Position numbers and translations under genes: made by a program
Notes under the pieces: generated by a model
The model's database searches: none
Told to the model about the DNA's origin: nothing
Seen by the model: the letters and a program-made list of their open reading frames with translations, nothing else
Part shown: piece after piece, positions 29,535 to 37,415 of the stretch
Layout of the letters: each line of letters opens with the position of its first letter
How positions within the stretch are numbered: position 1 is the first letter of the stretch
From: an uncultured Clostridia bacterium
GTDB taxonomy: Bacteria > Bacillota > Clostridia > TANB77 > CAG-508
Assembly: GCA_947627555.1 (NCBI GenBank)
Contig: CANQWL010000001.1
Location: forward strand, 1 to 41,032
Direction: 5' to 3'
Length of the DNA: 41,032 nucleotides

Positions 29535-30125
29535 TTAATTAGGTGCAACTTGTGTTCCTGATACAATAATGTCGAATTCATAATTTGAAATATTTTTTGC
29601 ATCTTGTGTATCAATCTTATCATTTGCTGTGATTTCTTCTGGTGTACTTCCTGTTTGATATTTCCAATTCCATTGAATTGGAAATACTTTTCTTTTTTCT
29701 TGTTCGTTACTATTAATTGTTCCTGATAGCACTTGTGTTAATTGAGTAATAGAATTATATTCTGTGCCATTATAACTAAATTTTAAATTAGTCGGTTTAT
29801 TTTTTTCATTTCTGAAATCAACTTGATAGTTTATTCCAACATCTGAACCTGTAGCATCTATAATAATATCAAATTTCCCACTTGTTCCTGGGGCTATTTT
29901 ATTATTTACAAGTGTCTGGTTATTACTAGTAGATTGTAAGTTTATTGTTTGTACTTGTTCTTCTTGTCCATTAACATTAAATTGCCATGTAGCAACTTGT
30001 GCAATTCCTTCTCCTTTCACTCTTGCAACATATTTTGAATATACTTGTCCTCCTATAAAGGATGATAAAATTCCTAATAAAATTGCTAATGCAATAATAA
30101 TTTTCTTTTTTTTGGTCAAAAGCAT
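29535..30125 (-). CDS. TasA/camelysin-like secreted beta-sandwich protein, paralogue 1
   Basis: 196 aa. The signal peptide ends ..FIGGQVYSKY, reminiscent of the SipW-class GG..Y.F cleavage region. It has KIAPGTSGKFDIIIDATGSDVGINYQV and IQWNWKYQ motifs. A TTG at 30119 is better spaced from GGAGGA than the ATG at 30125. Confidence 0.5.
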   Translation of the reverse strand: MLLTKKKKIIIALAILLGILSSFIGGQVYSKYVARVKGEGIAQVATWQFNVNGQEEQVQTINLQSTSNNQTLVNNKIAPGTSGKFDIIIDATGSDVGINYQVDFRNEKNKPTNLKFSYNGTEYNSITQLTQVLSGTINSNEQEKRKVFPIQWNWKYQTGSTPEEITANDKIDTQDAKNISNYEFDIIVSGTQVAPN

Positions 30126-30266
30126 TCCTCCTTTAATTTGTTATTTAATTTTTTTTGATTTTTTTACGATTTGTTAAGAAATAAATTGAAATTAATTTTT
30201 CTAAACAATAAAAAAATGAATTTAAAATAAATTTTATTAAATGATAAAAATTTAAAATATGTTTAA

Positions 30267-30295
30267 ATTATAATGTCAAAAAAAAGAATTGTCAA
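30267..30295 (-). promoter_or_regulatory. consensus sigma-A promoter TTGACA-N17-TATAAT for the TasA-like operon
   Basis: Minus-strand reading: TTGACA (30295-30290), 17-nt spacer, TATAAT (30272-30267). This leaves a leader of about 135 nt before the start codon. Confidence 0.6.
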
Positions 30296-30355
30296 TTGTC
30301 TTTTCTTAGAAAATATAACTTTTCATCGCAACTTTCGACAATAACAATTCTTTTT

Positions 30356-30730
30356 CTACTTTTTATTTACTCCTATAATTCCACCTAATATTCCAAAAAT
30401 TATTCCAACTCCTATCATAATTATACTTTGAAGATTTAAACTAAAATTCCAATTTAATAAACTTGAAATAAAATATAAAATTAAAATGTAAATTCCTCCT
30501 ACTAATGCTCCATTTACAATTCCGTTTTTTTGCATCTTCATATTTCCAATAGAACTTCCAATAAGTATACTAATTGCAGTTACTACTATTATCACAGGAG
30601 TTATTGTATTTTCATTAATATTTGTATAAGTTAATAAAACTGAAAATATCATTAGTAAAATAAAAGTAGTTATAAGTGATATTCCTATTCCTTTAGCAAT
30701 GTTTTTAGATGTTTCCATTTTTACTATCAT
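30356..30730 (-). CDS. small 4-TM membrane protein (TIGR04086/YrzE-like)
   Basis: 124 aa with four hydrophobic helices and Gly-rich segments (GALVGGIY, GILGGIIG). Confidence 0.5.
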   Translation of the reverse strand: MIVKMETSKNIAKGIGISLITTFILLMIFSVLLTYTNINENTITPVIIVVTAISILIGSSIGNMKMQKNGIVNGALVGGIYILILYFISSLLNWNFSLNLQSIIMIGVGIIFGILGGIIGVNKK

Positions 30731-30864
30731 CCTTTCATTATATAAATTTAGTTAAAAATTAAAATTCATACAATAAAATTGTAATTACTTTTCAACCTTT
30801 TATCTCTTTATTTAATTTATATTAAAACAAAAAAGAAATAGAACTTTTAATTTCTATTTCTTTA

Positions 30865-31425
30865 TTATATTTTTATTAATTCGTTTATAATAGCACTTAT
30901 TATTTCTTCTCTTTCAAAGTCTTTCTTGAATTCTTCTTTTAATGATGTTGCAATTTCTTTTATTTCATCATCAAAGTTATTTTCGTTTACATTAAATCCT
31001 ATACTAATTAACAAATATTTTACCTGTTCACCTATTGTATGAATTTCGGTTAATATTCCACATATTTTTTTATTGTTTAGTAATAGGTCATTAGGTTCCT
31101 TTATTTCTAAATTATAGTTGTATAATTTTTTAATCGTATTTTTTATTTTTTTTGCCAAATCTATTGTAATTCCCTCTAATTCTTTTGCTTTTATATTTGG
31201 CTTTAGAATTATTGTCATTGCTATGTTTTTTTCTTTTCCTGTATGCCACTTTCTTCCTTTTGTTCCTATTCCTTGTGTTTGCTTTTCGGCTATTATAATA
31301 GTTTTATTTTCTTTTTGTTCTGCTACTTTTTTGGCATATATATGTGTGGAGTCAATTTCTTGATAATATTCTATATTATTTATGTTTGTTGCTTTTTTGA
31401 TTTTTTCAATATCTAATTTTTCCAT
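30865..31425 (-). CDS. birA: biotin--protein ligase, catalytic domain only (short BirA)
   Basis: EIDSTH, EKQTQGIGTKGRKW (GRGRxGRxW-type loop), KEPNDLLLNNKKICGILTE and IGFNVN motifs. At 186 aa it lacks both an HTH and the C-terminal domain. Confidence 0.7.
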   Translation of the reverse strand: MEKLDIEKIKKATNINNIEYYQEIDSTHIYAKKVAEQKENKTIIIAEKQTQGIGTKGRKWHTGKEKNIAMTIILKPNIKAKELEGITIDLAKKIKNTIKKLYNYNLEIKEPNDLLLNNKKICGILTEIHTIGEQVKYLLISIGFNVNENNFDDEIKEIATSLKEEFKKDFEREEIISAIINELIKI

Positions 31426-31660
31426 TTTTGTTCCTTTACTATAATTATAATATTTTTTCTATTATAGCATATATTTGGAAATTTTTCATTGTTATTTAGC
31501 TTACATCCTACAGCATGTAAAAATTTTACTAGTTTTAACTGTTATTCCTTCATTAACTATTCCCATATAATAATATCCATCACATGAAGCTATATATTTT
31601 TGCCCATTAACAAATACATCATAACACAAGAAAGTATGAATTAATGTACCATACTTTTAA

Positions 31661-32272
31661 TTAATTCTCATCCTTTTTTGTGTATTCTATTATAAGATAT
31701 CTAGCACTTGAAAAACCTTCAGCACACCATAATCTTAGTCCAGTAGTTCCTTCACTTATACAAAAAATAGATGACATTGCATTATTAGAATTACATATAG
31801 CATCAGCTCTTAAAAAATGCTCTACCCAACTATAGTCTCCTACAACATTTACAGAACCAGAAGGAGGAGCACCAGAAGGAATTTCGATAATTTTTCTATA
31901 AATTGTTTTTCCATTTATCCAAGTTCCAATTTCAACTTCATCAGTAGTATAAGTATTTACATTTTTTAGTCTATTATATTCCTCTTTACTTATTGTTACT
32001 GTTTTTCTATTATTAATTGTATCTTCAATTATGTTTTCGTATTGTTGTAAATTAGCATTTTCTTCTACTTGTGCTTGGTCTGTTTTATTTTTTGCTAATT
32101 CTGCTTTTTTTATTATTCCATTTTTTCCTGTCAAAAGAGCAATTGAAACTCCTGCTAATATTAATAATATTATAATTGTTATAATTAATGCTATCATTGT
32201 GATACCTTTGTTTGAAAATTTATTATTTTTCTCATTTTTTTCTTTAAAAGTTAAATTCTTTTGTTTCTTCAT
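31661..32272 (-). CDS. pilin-like protein A (prepilin-type N-terminus, variable C-domain)
   Basis: 23-aa basic leader ending KG, then ITMIALIITIIILLILAGVSI and the LTGKNGIIKKAELAKNKTDQAQVEEN helix. The C-domain contains GTWINGKTIYRKII. Confidence 0.6.
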   Translation of the reverse strand: MKKQKNLTFKEKNEKNNKFSNKGITMIALIITIIILLILAGVSIALLTGKNGIIKKAELAKNKTDQAQVEENANLQQYENIIEDTINNRKTVTISKEEYNRLKNVNTYTTDEVEIGTWINGKTIYRKIIEIPSGAPPSGSVNVVGDYSWVEHFLRADAICNSNNAMSSIFCISEGTTGLRLWCAEGFSSARYLIIEYTKKDEN

Positions 32273-32405
32273 TTGTTTCCTCCATTTTTTATTAGATTAC
32301 TTTTTTCTATCTTTTAATCTAATAAAATTTTATATAATTTCATTTACATATTCAAGGAATACAGCTGTTTTTGTTAATAACTTTTTTACATAATGTTTAA
32401 ATAAA
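32057..32405 (-). repeat. cassette repeat copy A (promoter + leader + N-terminal coding block)
   Basis: Near-identical by eye to 38474-38830 (5 mismatches in the 133 bp upstream of the ATG) and closely similar to 36732-37090. Confidence 0.85.
32327..32355 (-). promoter_or_regulatory. cassette promoter A, TTGAAT-N17-TAAAAT
   Basis: -35 at 32355-32350 and -10 at 32332-32327. An ACAGCTGT palindrome lies at 32361-32368 and a 5' stem-loop at 32292-32322. Confidence 0.5.
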
Positions 32406-32432
32406 TTTTTATTTAAATACTTTTAGATAAAC

Positions 32433-32475
32433 AAAGGTATGGAATTATTTCTTATAAAAATTATTCCATACCTTT
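32433..32475 (-). terminator. hairpin terminator after the pilin-like D gene
   Basis: AAAGGTATGGAAT (32433-32445) pairs with ATTCCATACCTTT (32463-32475), starting 5 nt after the stop at 32480. The U-tail on the minus strand is weak. Confidence 0.5.
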
Positions 32476-32479
32476 ATTT

Positions 32480-33394
32480 TTATTTATAATTTAATCTTAT
32501 ATCACAATATTGCGTATTAGAGCTTGTACTTCCTGAATAATCTATATATCCACCAATAATACTTACTATATGTTCACCAGAATATTCACTTATATCAATA
32601 TCTAATTTAATCCAATCATTTGGCAAATCATTATAATCTACCCTATATATCTCTGTGTTATCAATCCATATATATACTGAACCATGATTTACTCCTTTTT
32701 TAGCATATAATTGTAAATTATTATAATCTTTTAAATCAATAGTATTATACCATCTTATCGAATTTTGTATAGTCCAATTATTAGTAGGATCAGGTGAATG
32801 TCCAGTCATTGATAAACCTGGAGTTCCATTAAGATTATTTTCTGTAATTGATACTGAGCCATTTGTCTGACCTTGCTTTAAAAATTCTTTTGTAAATATA
32901 AATTCTGTTTTTGTTCTTATTTTAACCTCTGATTTCTTTGAGTTACCAAAACTATCAATTGCAACTACTATTATAGTATAATCAGTATCTGCATCTAAAT
33001 CTGTTACTATGCACTGTTCTTCAGCTCCTGCTCCTTTTAATTTACCATTAACAATATAAACATAACAAATAATAGAAGCATTATCTGAATATGCTTTTGC
33101 ATTTACTGTAAATCCATGTGATCCAATATCAGTAATTTTGGGTGCAAAATCTTTTATTTCACCTGTGCTTTCATTTATAGAATTATTAATATATCCATTG
33201 ATTATATTTTCATAATCACCTAAAATTTCATTTTCTTCTACTTGTGCCTGGTCTGTTTTATATTTTGCTAATTCTGCTTTTTTTACTATTCCATTTTCTC
33301 CTGTTAAAAGACCGATTGAAACTCCTGCTAATATTAACAATATTATTATTGTTATAATTAATGCTATCATTGTGATACCTTTTTCTTTTTTCAT
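32480..33394 (-). CDS. pilin-like protein D with FN3 and jelly-roll/CBM-like domains
   Basis: Short leader MKKEKG, then the same ITMIALIITIIILLILAGVSI..LTGENGIVKKAELAK block. An FN3-like segment follows (GFTVNAKAYSD..YVYIVNG..TDLDADTDYTIIVVAIDSFGNSK), then a C-terminal beta domain. Confidence 0.6.
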   Translation of the reverse strand: MKKEKGITMIALIITIIILLILAGVSIGLLTGENGIVKKAELAKYKTDQAQVEENEILGDYENIINGYINNSINESTGEIKDFAPKITDIGSHGFTVNAKAYSDNASIICYVYIVNGKLKGAGAEEQCIVTDLDADTDYTIIVVAIDSFGNSKKSEVKIRTKTEFIFTKEFLKQGQTNGSVSITENNLNGTPGLSMTGHSPDPTNNWTIQNSIRWYNTIDLKDYNNLQLYAKKGVNHGSVYIWIDNTEIYRVDYNDLPNDWIKLDIDISEYSGEHIVSIIGGYIDYSGSTSSNTQYCDIRLNYK

Positions 33395-33432
33395 TTGTTT
33401 TCTCCTTTTATGTTATCTTGTTCATATTTAAA

Positions 33433-33461
33433 ATTATAACATTACACTTTTTATTTGTAAA
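33433..33461 (-). promoter_or_regulatory. promoter of pilin-like D, TTTACA-N17-TATAAT (unrelated to the cassette promoter)
   Basis: -35 at 33461-33456, 17-nt spacer, -10 at 33438-33433. Confidence 0.5.
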
Positions 33462-33618
33462 TACTTTTTGCCTATGTAATTTTATATTTATTCATTTAAA
33501 TTTCTTTGTCTTTACTCTTTTCCATTTTTTAAATTCTTTTTGAATTTTTTTAGCATCTTTAAACGTTTTAGCAATGCATATTCTGAGGACATTTACATTA
33601 CCATGAATCCTTGAAATG

Positions 33619-33659
33619 GTAAAATGAAAGTAGACACAAAAAGTCTGCTTTCATTTTAC
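33619..33659. other. 17-bp stem hairpin downstream of the sortase gene
   Basis: GTAAAATGAAAGTAGAC (33619-33635) pairs with GTCTGCTTTCATTTTAC (33643-33659) with one mismatch. There is no clear U-tail on either strand. Confidence 0.5.
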
Positions 33660-33689
33660 TACTTCACATTAACGGATAGTTTTTTATTT

Positions 33690-34376
33690 TTATATTTCTC
33701 TTCCTTTTATTATAAATCTTGTTACTCCTCCAGGATTACATGTAATAATAGTAGCTTCTTTTTTTCCTTCTGTATTTTGTTTTAAACAATCTAACTCTTT
33801 AGGCATACAAGTATATATATTATAGATTTTGTAATTTACTTTATTTAATGTTTTTCTATCAACTATATAAAACGTATCACCTATTTTTAATTCTAGTGCT
33901 CTTTTTAACATACCTTTCCAATTATGACCACATATACAAAAATTTCCTATTTGATTTATATCAGGGCCATACAATTTAACTACAGATAATTTTAATGCAT
34001 TATCGTCTGATACACTTAATATATCTTTACTTATATTTACTTTTTCTATTACAAGCCTTCCTAGTACTTCATATCCTCCCATTTTAGCTGGAATTTCATT
34101 ATCTCTTTTTATATCTGTTTGCTCTTCTATAGTACTTTGCTGTATAGTATTTATTTTATCTTCCGATTCATTTATTTGCTCTTGTTTATTTTCTTCTATA
34201 CTTTCTCCTTTGTCTTCTATTGTTTCTTGCGTACTCATTCTACTTGCCTGACTATCATTTGTCTTTCTACTGCCTAATATTTTTAGTAGATTATTACTAT
34301 ATATTATATAAATAATACAAAAAATACTTATTCCTAAAAAAATACAATAAATTATTTTATTTTTTTCTTTCTTCAT
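33690..34376 (-). CDS. sortase (cysteine transpeptidase), class not assignable by eye
   Basis: N-terminal TM, His motif FCICGHN, active-site ATIITC (TLxTC type) and a downstream conserved Arg (TRFIIKG). Confidence 0.8.
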   Translation of the reverse strand: MKKEKNKIIYCIFLGISIFCIIYIIYSNNLLKILGSRKTNDSQASRMSTQETIEDKGESIEENKQEQINESEDKINTIQQSTIEEQTDIKRDNEIPAKMGGYEVLGRLVIEKVNISKDILSVSDDNALKLSVVKLYGPDINQIGNFCICGHNWKGMLKRALELKIGDTFYIVDRKTLNKVNYKIYNIYTCMPKELDCLKQNTEGKKEATIITCNPGGVTRFIIKGREI

Positions 34377-34447
34377 TTTAAATAAGCTCCTTCATAATTT
34401 GCCTTTAGCTTTATTAAAGGGATATTATGAAAAATTACTAATATTTT

Positions 34448-35851
34448 TTATTTATTTATATATTTTTTTAAAATTATAGCTGCTATAACAATTATTGATA
34501 AAATCGTTGCTACAATTGCTGCTATAGTTGTAGTTATAGCTGAACCTGTAGCTGGTAATTCATCTATTGGTAATTCTGGTTCAGGTTCTTCAACAGGTGC
34601 CTCTACTACTTTAATTCCTACTTGTTGTATATTATATAATGCTGAATCTGTATCTCCTGAATTATCTCCAGCAAGAAAATTACTTACTTTTATATATTCT
34701 TCGTCTGTTGAGTTTCTTCCTTCTGTAACTCCTAGTGCTTTAAATTGTAAATTTATTTCTGATATTTGGCTTCCACTAGCTGATACAGTAAGTAAATCAT
34801 CTTCTTGTGATGCTGTAACTTGTGCTTGATTATCACCTAAATCAACATATCCAAAAATTTCTTTATCATAAAATAAATCAAATTGTACATAATCTGTAGG
34901 TTTATCTTGAGATACTGTTACTGTAAATGTATCTCCTACTTTTGCTGTATCATCTGTTAAATCTGTTCTTATTTGAACTGTTGAACGATCTCTTGCAGTT
35001 ACTGCAACAGAGACTTCTTTTGAGTAATATAGATGTGCATTTGTAGCTTCTTCTTCACTATTTCCTGATTTATAGTTTTCTATTTTAAACCAACTTGGAG
35101 AATTTTCTTGTGTTTCTGCTGTTGCCTTAAATAATAATGTTACATCAGTAATATCTGTTCCTGATGCTTTTACTGTAACTTTTCCTTCTGTAGAAGAATC
35201 TGCTTGGTAATTAGAATCTGCAGGTCCAACAAATTCAAAATGAGCATTATCATATGAGATTGTTGCTTCAACATAATTTGTTGGGTCTGTTTGTGCTAAA
35301 GATATATTAACTTTTCTTTCTACTGGTACACTTTCCTTATTTGCTTGTATACTTACTTTTCCTTCATATTTTTCCCTTGCTTGAACTCTAACTTGCATTA
35401 CAGTATATTGACCTACTTGTGCATTTTCCGAACTTTCTCCTGATTTAAATTCTGATACTCCAAAGTATACTCCATTTCCATCTGTTGCTTTTGTTGCTTT
35501 AAATTTTAAACTTACGCTTGATATATCTTCTACTCCATGAGGAGCTGCCATTGTTACTGTAATAGTTCCTGCATTATCGTCTGTAGCTTGAAAATCGCCT
35601 TCTATTCCTTCATAACTAAATATATTTTTGTCATATTTTAGTTTGAATCCAACATATTTTGTACTTTTTGCTTCTGTTCCTCCTGGTTGATATTGAGATA
35701 CTGTTACTTTAAATGTATCTCCTACTTCTACTATTGTAGAATCTGCACTTATTTTAACTATAGTATCGCCTGGTTGTGCATTACTTATATTTGGTAATAT
35801 TAGTATTGCTACAATTACTATAGCTAATAATACTGCTATTGTTTTTTTCAT
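34448..35851 (-). CDS. LPATG-anchored surface protein with three cohesin-like modules
   Basis: Signal peptide ..NISNA-QPG. Three ~135-aa modules follow, each with VGDTF.VTVSQ...(F.L.YD)..F.. and ..L.FKA. The C-terminus has a PEPE linker, LPATG, a hydrophobic stretch and KKYINK. Confidence 0.75.
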   Translation of the reverse strand: MKKTIAVLLAIVIVAILILPNISNAQPGDTIVKISADSTIVEVGDTFKVTVSQYQPGGTEAKSTKYVGFKLKYDKNIFSYEGIEGDFQATDDNAGTITVTMAAPHGVEDISSVSLKFKATKATDGNGVYFGVSEFKSGESSENAQVGQYTVMQVRVQAREKYEGKVSIQANKESVPVERKVNISLAQTDPTNYVEATISYDNAHFEFVGPADSNYQADSSTEGKVTVKASGTDITDVTLLFKATAETQENSPSWFKIENYKSGNSEEEATNAHLYYSKEVSVAVTARDRSTVQIRTDLTDDTAKVGDTFTVTVSQDKPTDYVQFDLFYDKEIFGYVDLGDNQAQVTASQEDDLLTVSASGSQISEINLQFKALGVTEGRNSTDEEYIKVSNFLAGDNSGDTDSALYNIQQVGIKVVEAPVEEPEPELPIDELPATGSAITTTIAAIVATILSIIVIAAIILKKYINK

Positions 35852-36063
35852 TTTTTTACCTCCTAAAATATTTTTTAATTAACTTTATATTGTAAATTAA
35901 GTAATTTTAATTTTTCCTTTTACAATTTTGTTAATTTTTTATACATACTTATTATTTTATTTTTTTAGTTCTTTTATCCACTTTTCTTTTAAAAAAAAAT
36001 TGTCAATTTTTGAAAATTAAAATAAATTTATATTCTTTTAGAATTTATGATTTAAGCATAAAA

Positions 36064-36110
36064 AGAACCCATGCTATTAAACTTTTTTGTCTAATAATTT
36101 GGGTTCTTCT
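36064..36110 (-). terminator. hairpin after the pilin-like B region
   Basis: AAGAACCCA (36064-36072) pairs with TGGGTTCTT (36102-36110) across a large 29-nt loop. On the minus strand it is followed by UUUUAUGC. Confidence 0.4.
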
Positions 36111-36318
36111 TACTGTATAATAAAATTTTCACTTGTTAGTTTCTTTAATGATACATCTGATTTCAGACAAATTACTGGTCGATAACCATGTTAATCATTA
36201 TTTGCATTATATCCAACATATCCTAAATTTTCTATTTTTTCTATTAATTTTTGATTCTTTATATGTTTCTCTCTTTTATGATTCTACATAATTATACTTT
36301 TAAATTTTTAAAAGTAAA

Positions 36319-36948
36319 TTATTTTATTCCATATATCAAAATATATGTTGAAGCCCAAGTTGAATCCTTAGTTTGATTTTTACTTACTGATAATGTTGTA
36401 TTTGTACTTAAGTAAACAGTATTAATTCTAATTAAACTTTGATGTTCAAGTACAATTGAATTATAAAAATTTAGTTGTGCTGGTATAATTGTATTATCCA
36501 CCCAGTCATTATTTTCCTTTGTATTTAAATGAGAATTTAGTAATAAGTATCTATAATTTTCTATACTTTTATTAAGTTCTATCTTATCTGCAGTACTTGA
36601 AATTTTACCTTCTCCAATTAATTCATATTCACCTCTATTTTTTAATTTTTCATATTCATCTTTTGTAATTGTAACATTTTCTCTGTTTTCAGTAATTTCA
36701 TTTATTTTATCTTCATAATTAGCTAATACCACATTTTCTTCTACTTGTGCTTCATCTGTTTTATTTTTTGCTAATTCTGCTTTTTTTATTATTCCATTTT
36801 CTCCTGTTAGAAAAGCAATTGAGACTCCTGCTAATATTAACAATATTATAATTGTTATAATTAATGCTATAAGTGTTATTCCTTTGTTTGAAAATCTATT
36901 ATTTTTCTTATTTTTTTCTCTAAAATTTAAATTCTTTTGTTTCTTCAT
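36319..36948 (-). CDS. pilin-like protein B (prepilin-type N-terminus, variable C-domain)
   Basis: The ATG at 36948 follows the same AAATGGAGGAAACAA RBS as copies A and C; the ORF-track start at 36981 is a GTG inside the leader. Leader MKKQKNLNFREKNKKNNRFSNKG, then ITLIALIITIIILLILAGVSI. Confidence 0.6.
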   Translation of the reverse strand: MKKQKNLNFREKNKKNNRFSNKGITLIALIITIIILLILAGVSIAFLTGENGIIKKAELAKNKTDEAQVEENVVLANYEDKINEITENRENVTITKDEYEKLKNRGEYELIGEGKISSTADKIELNKSIENYRYLLLNSHLNTKENNDWVDNTIIPAQLNFYNSIVLEHQSLIRINTVYLSTNTTLSVSKNQTKDSTWASTYILIYGIK

Positions 36949-37090
36949 TTGTTTCCTCCATTTTTTATTAGATTGCTTCACACTATCTTTTAATCTAATA
37001 AAATTTTATATAATTTCACTTACATATTCAAGGAATACAGCTGTTTTTATTAATAACTTTTTTACATAATTCTTAAATAAAATTTTATTT
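36732..37090 (-). repeat. cassette repeat copy B
   Basis: Same promoter/leader/N-terminal block as copies A and C, with more substitutions. The stem of the 5' hairpin (36968-36998) is conserved while its loop differs. Confidence 0.8.
37003..37031 (-). promoter_or_regulatory. cassette promoter B, TTGAAT-N17-TAAAAT
   Basis: -35 at 37031-37026 and -10 at 37008-37003. ACAGCTGT at 37037-37044. Confidence 0.5.
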
Positions 37091-37251
37091 CGATGATTTT
37101 TTTAATCAAATTATAATCTTAATTTCCACATATTTTTTCTATATTACTACTATTTTAATTTTTTTTACCATCTTTAAATGTTTTAGCAACACAGATAGTT
37201 TTAAAAAAAGAATTTTTTTAAAGTGTTATATTTTTTGTTAAACATACAAAA

Positions 37252-37282
37252 AAACTATAGCTCGTTTAATTCGCTATAGTTT
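37252..37282 (-). terminator. rho-independent terminator after the 139-aa gene
   Basis: AAACTATAGC (37252-37261) pairs with GCTATAGTTT (37273-37282). On the minus strand it is followed by UUUUUUUG. Confidence 0.7.
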
Positions 37283-37415
37283 CTCTTTTTAGCTAGATTG
37301 TCTAAATTTTAACTAGTATATTTTAGAGCCAAATTTTCTTAGTGTCTATTTTATAACATTTTTTACTTCTTAATGTTAGTCAAAATATCGATTTTTATTA
37401 TTTATACATTTTTAT

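Noticed and set aside
32031-32393. Plus-strand ORFs 32031-32393, 36884-37069 and 38624-38809, which recur in three copies and might look like a conserved small-protein family.
   Set aside because: Their conservation is fully explained by being the reverse complement of the duplicated pilin-like promoter/leader/N-terminal block. The translations (FFSFFSLKVKFFCFFICF..) are antisense artefacts.
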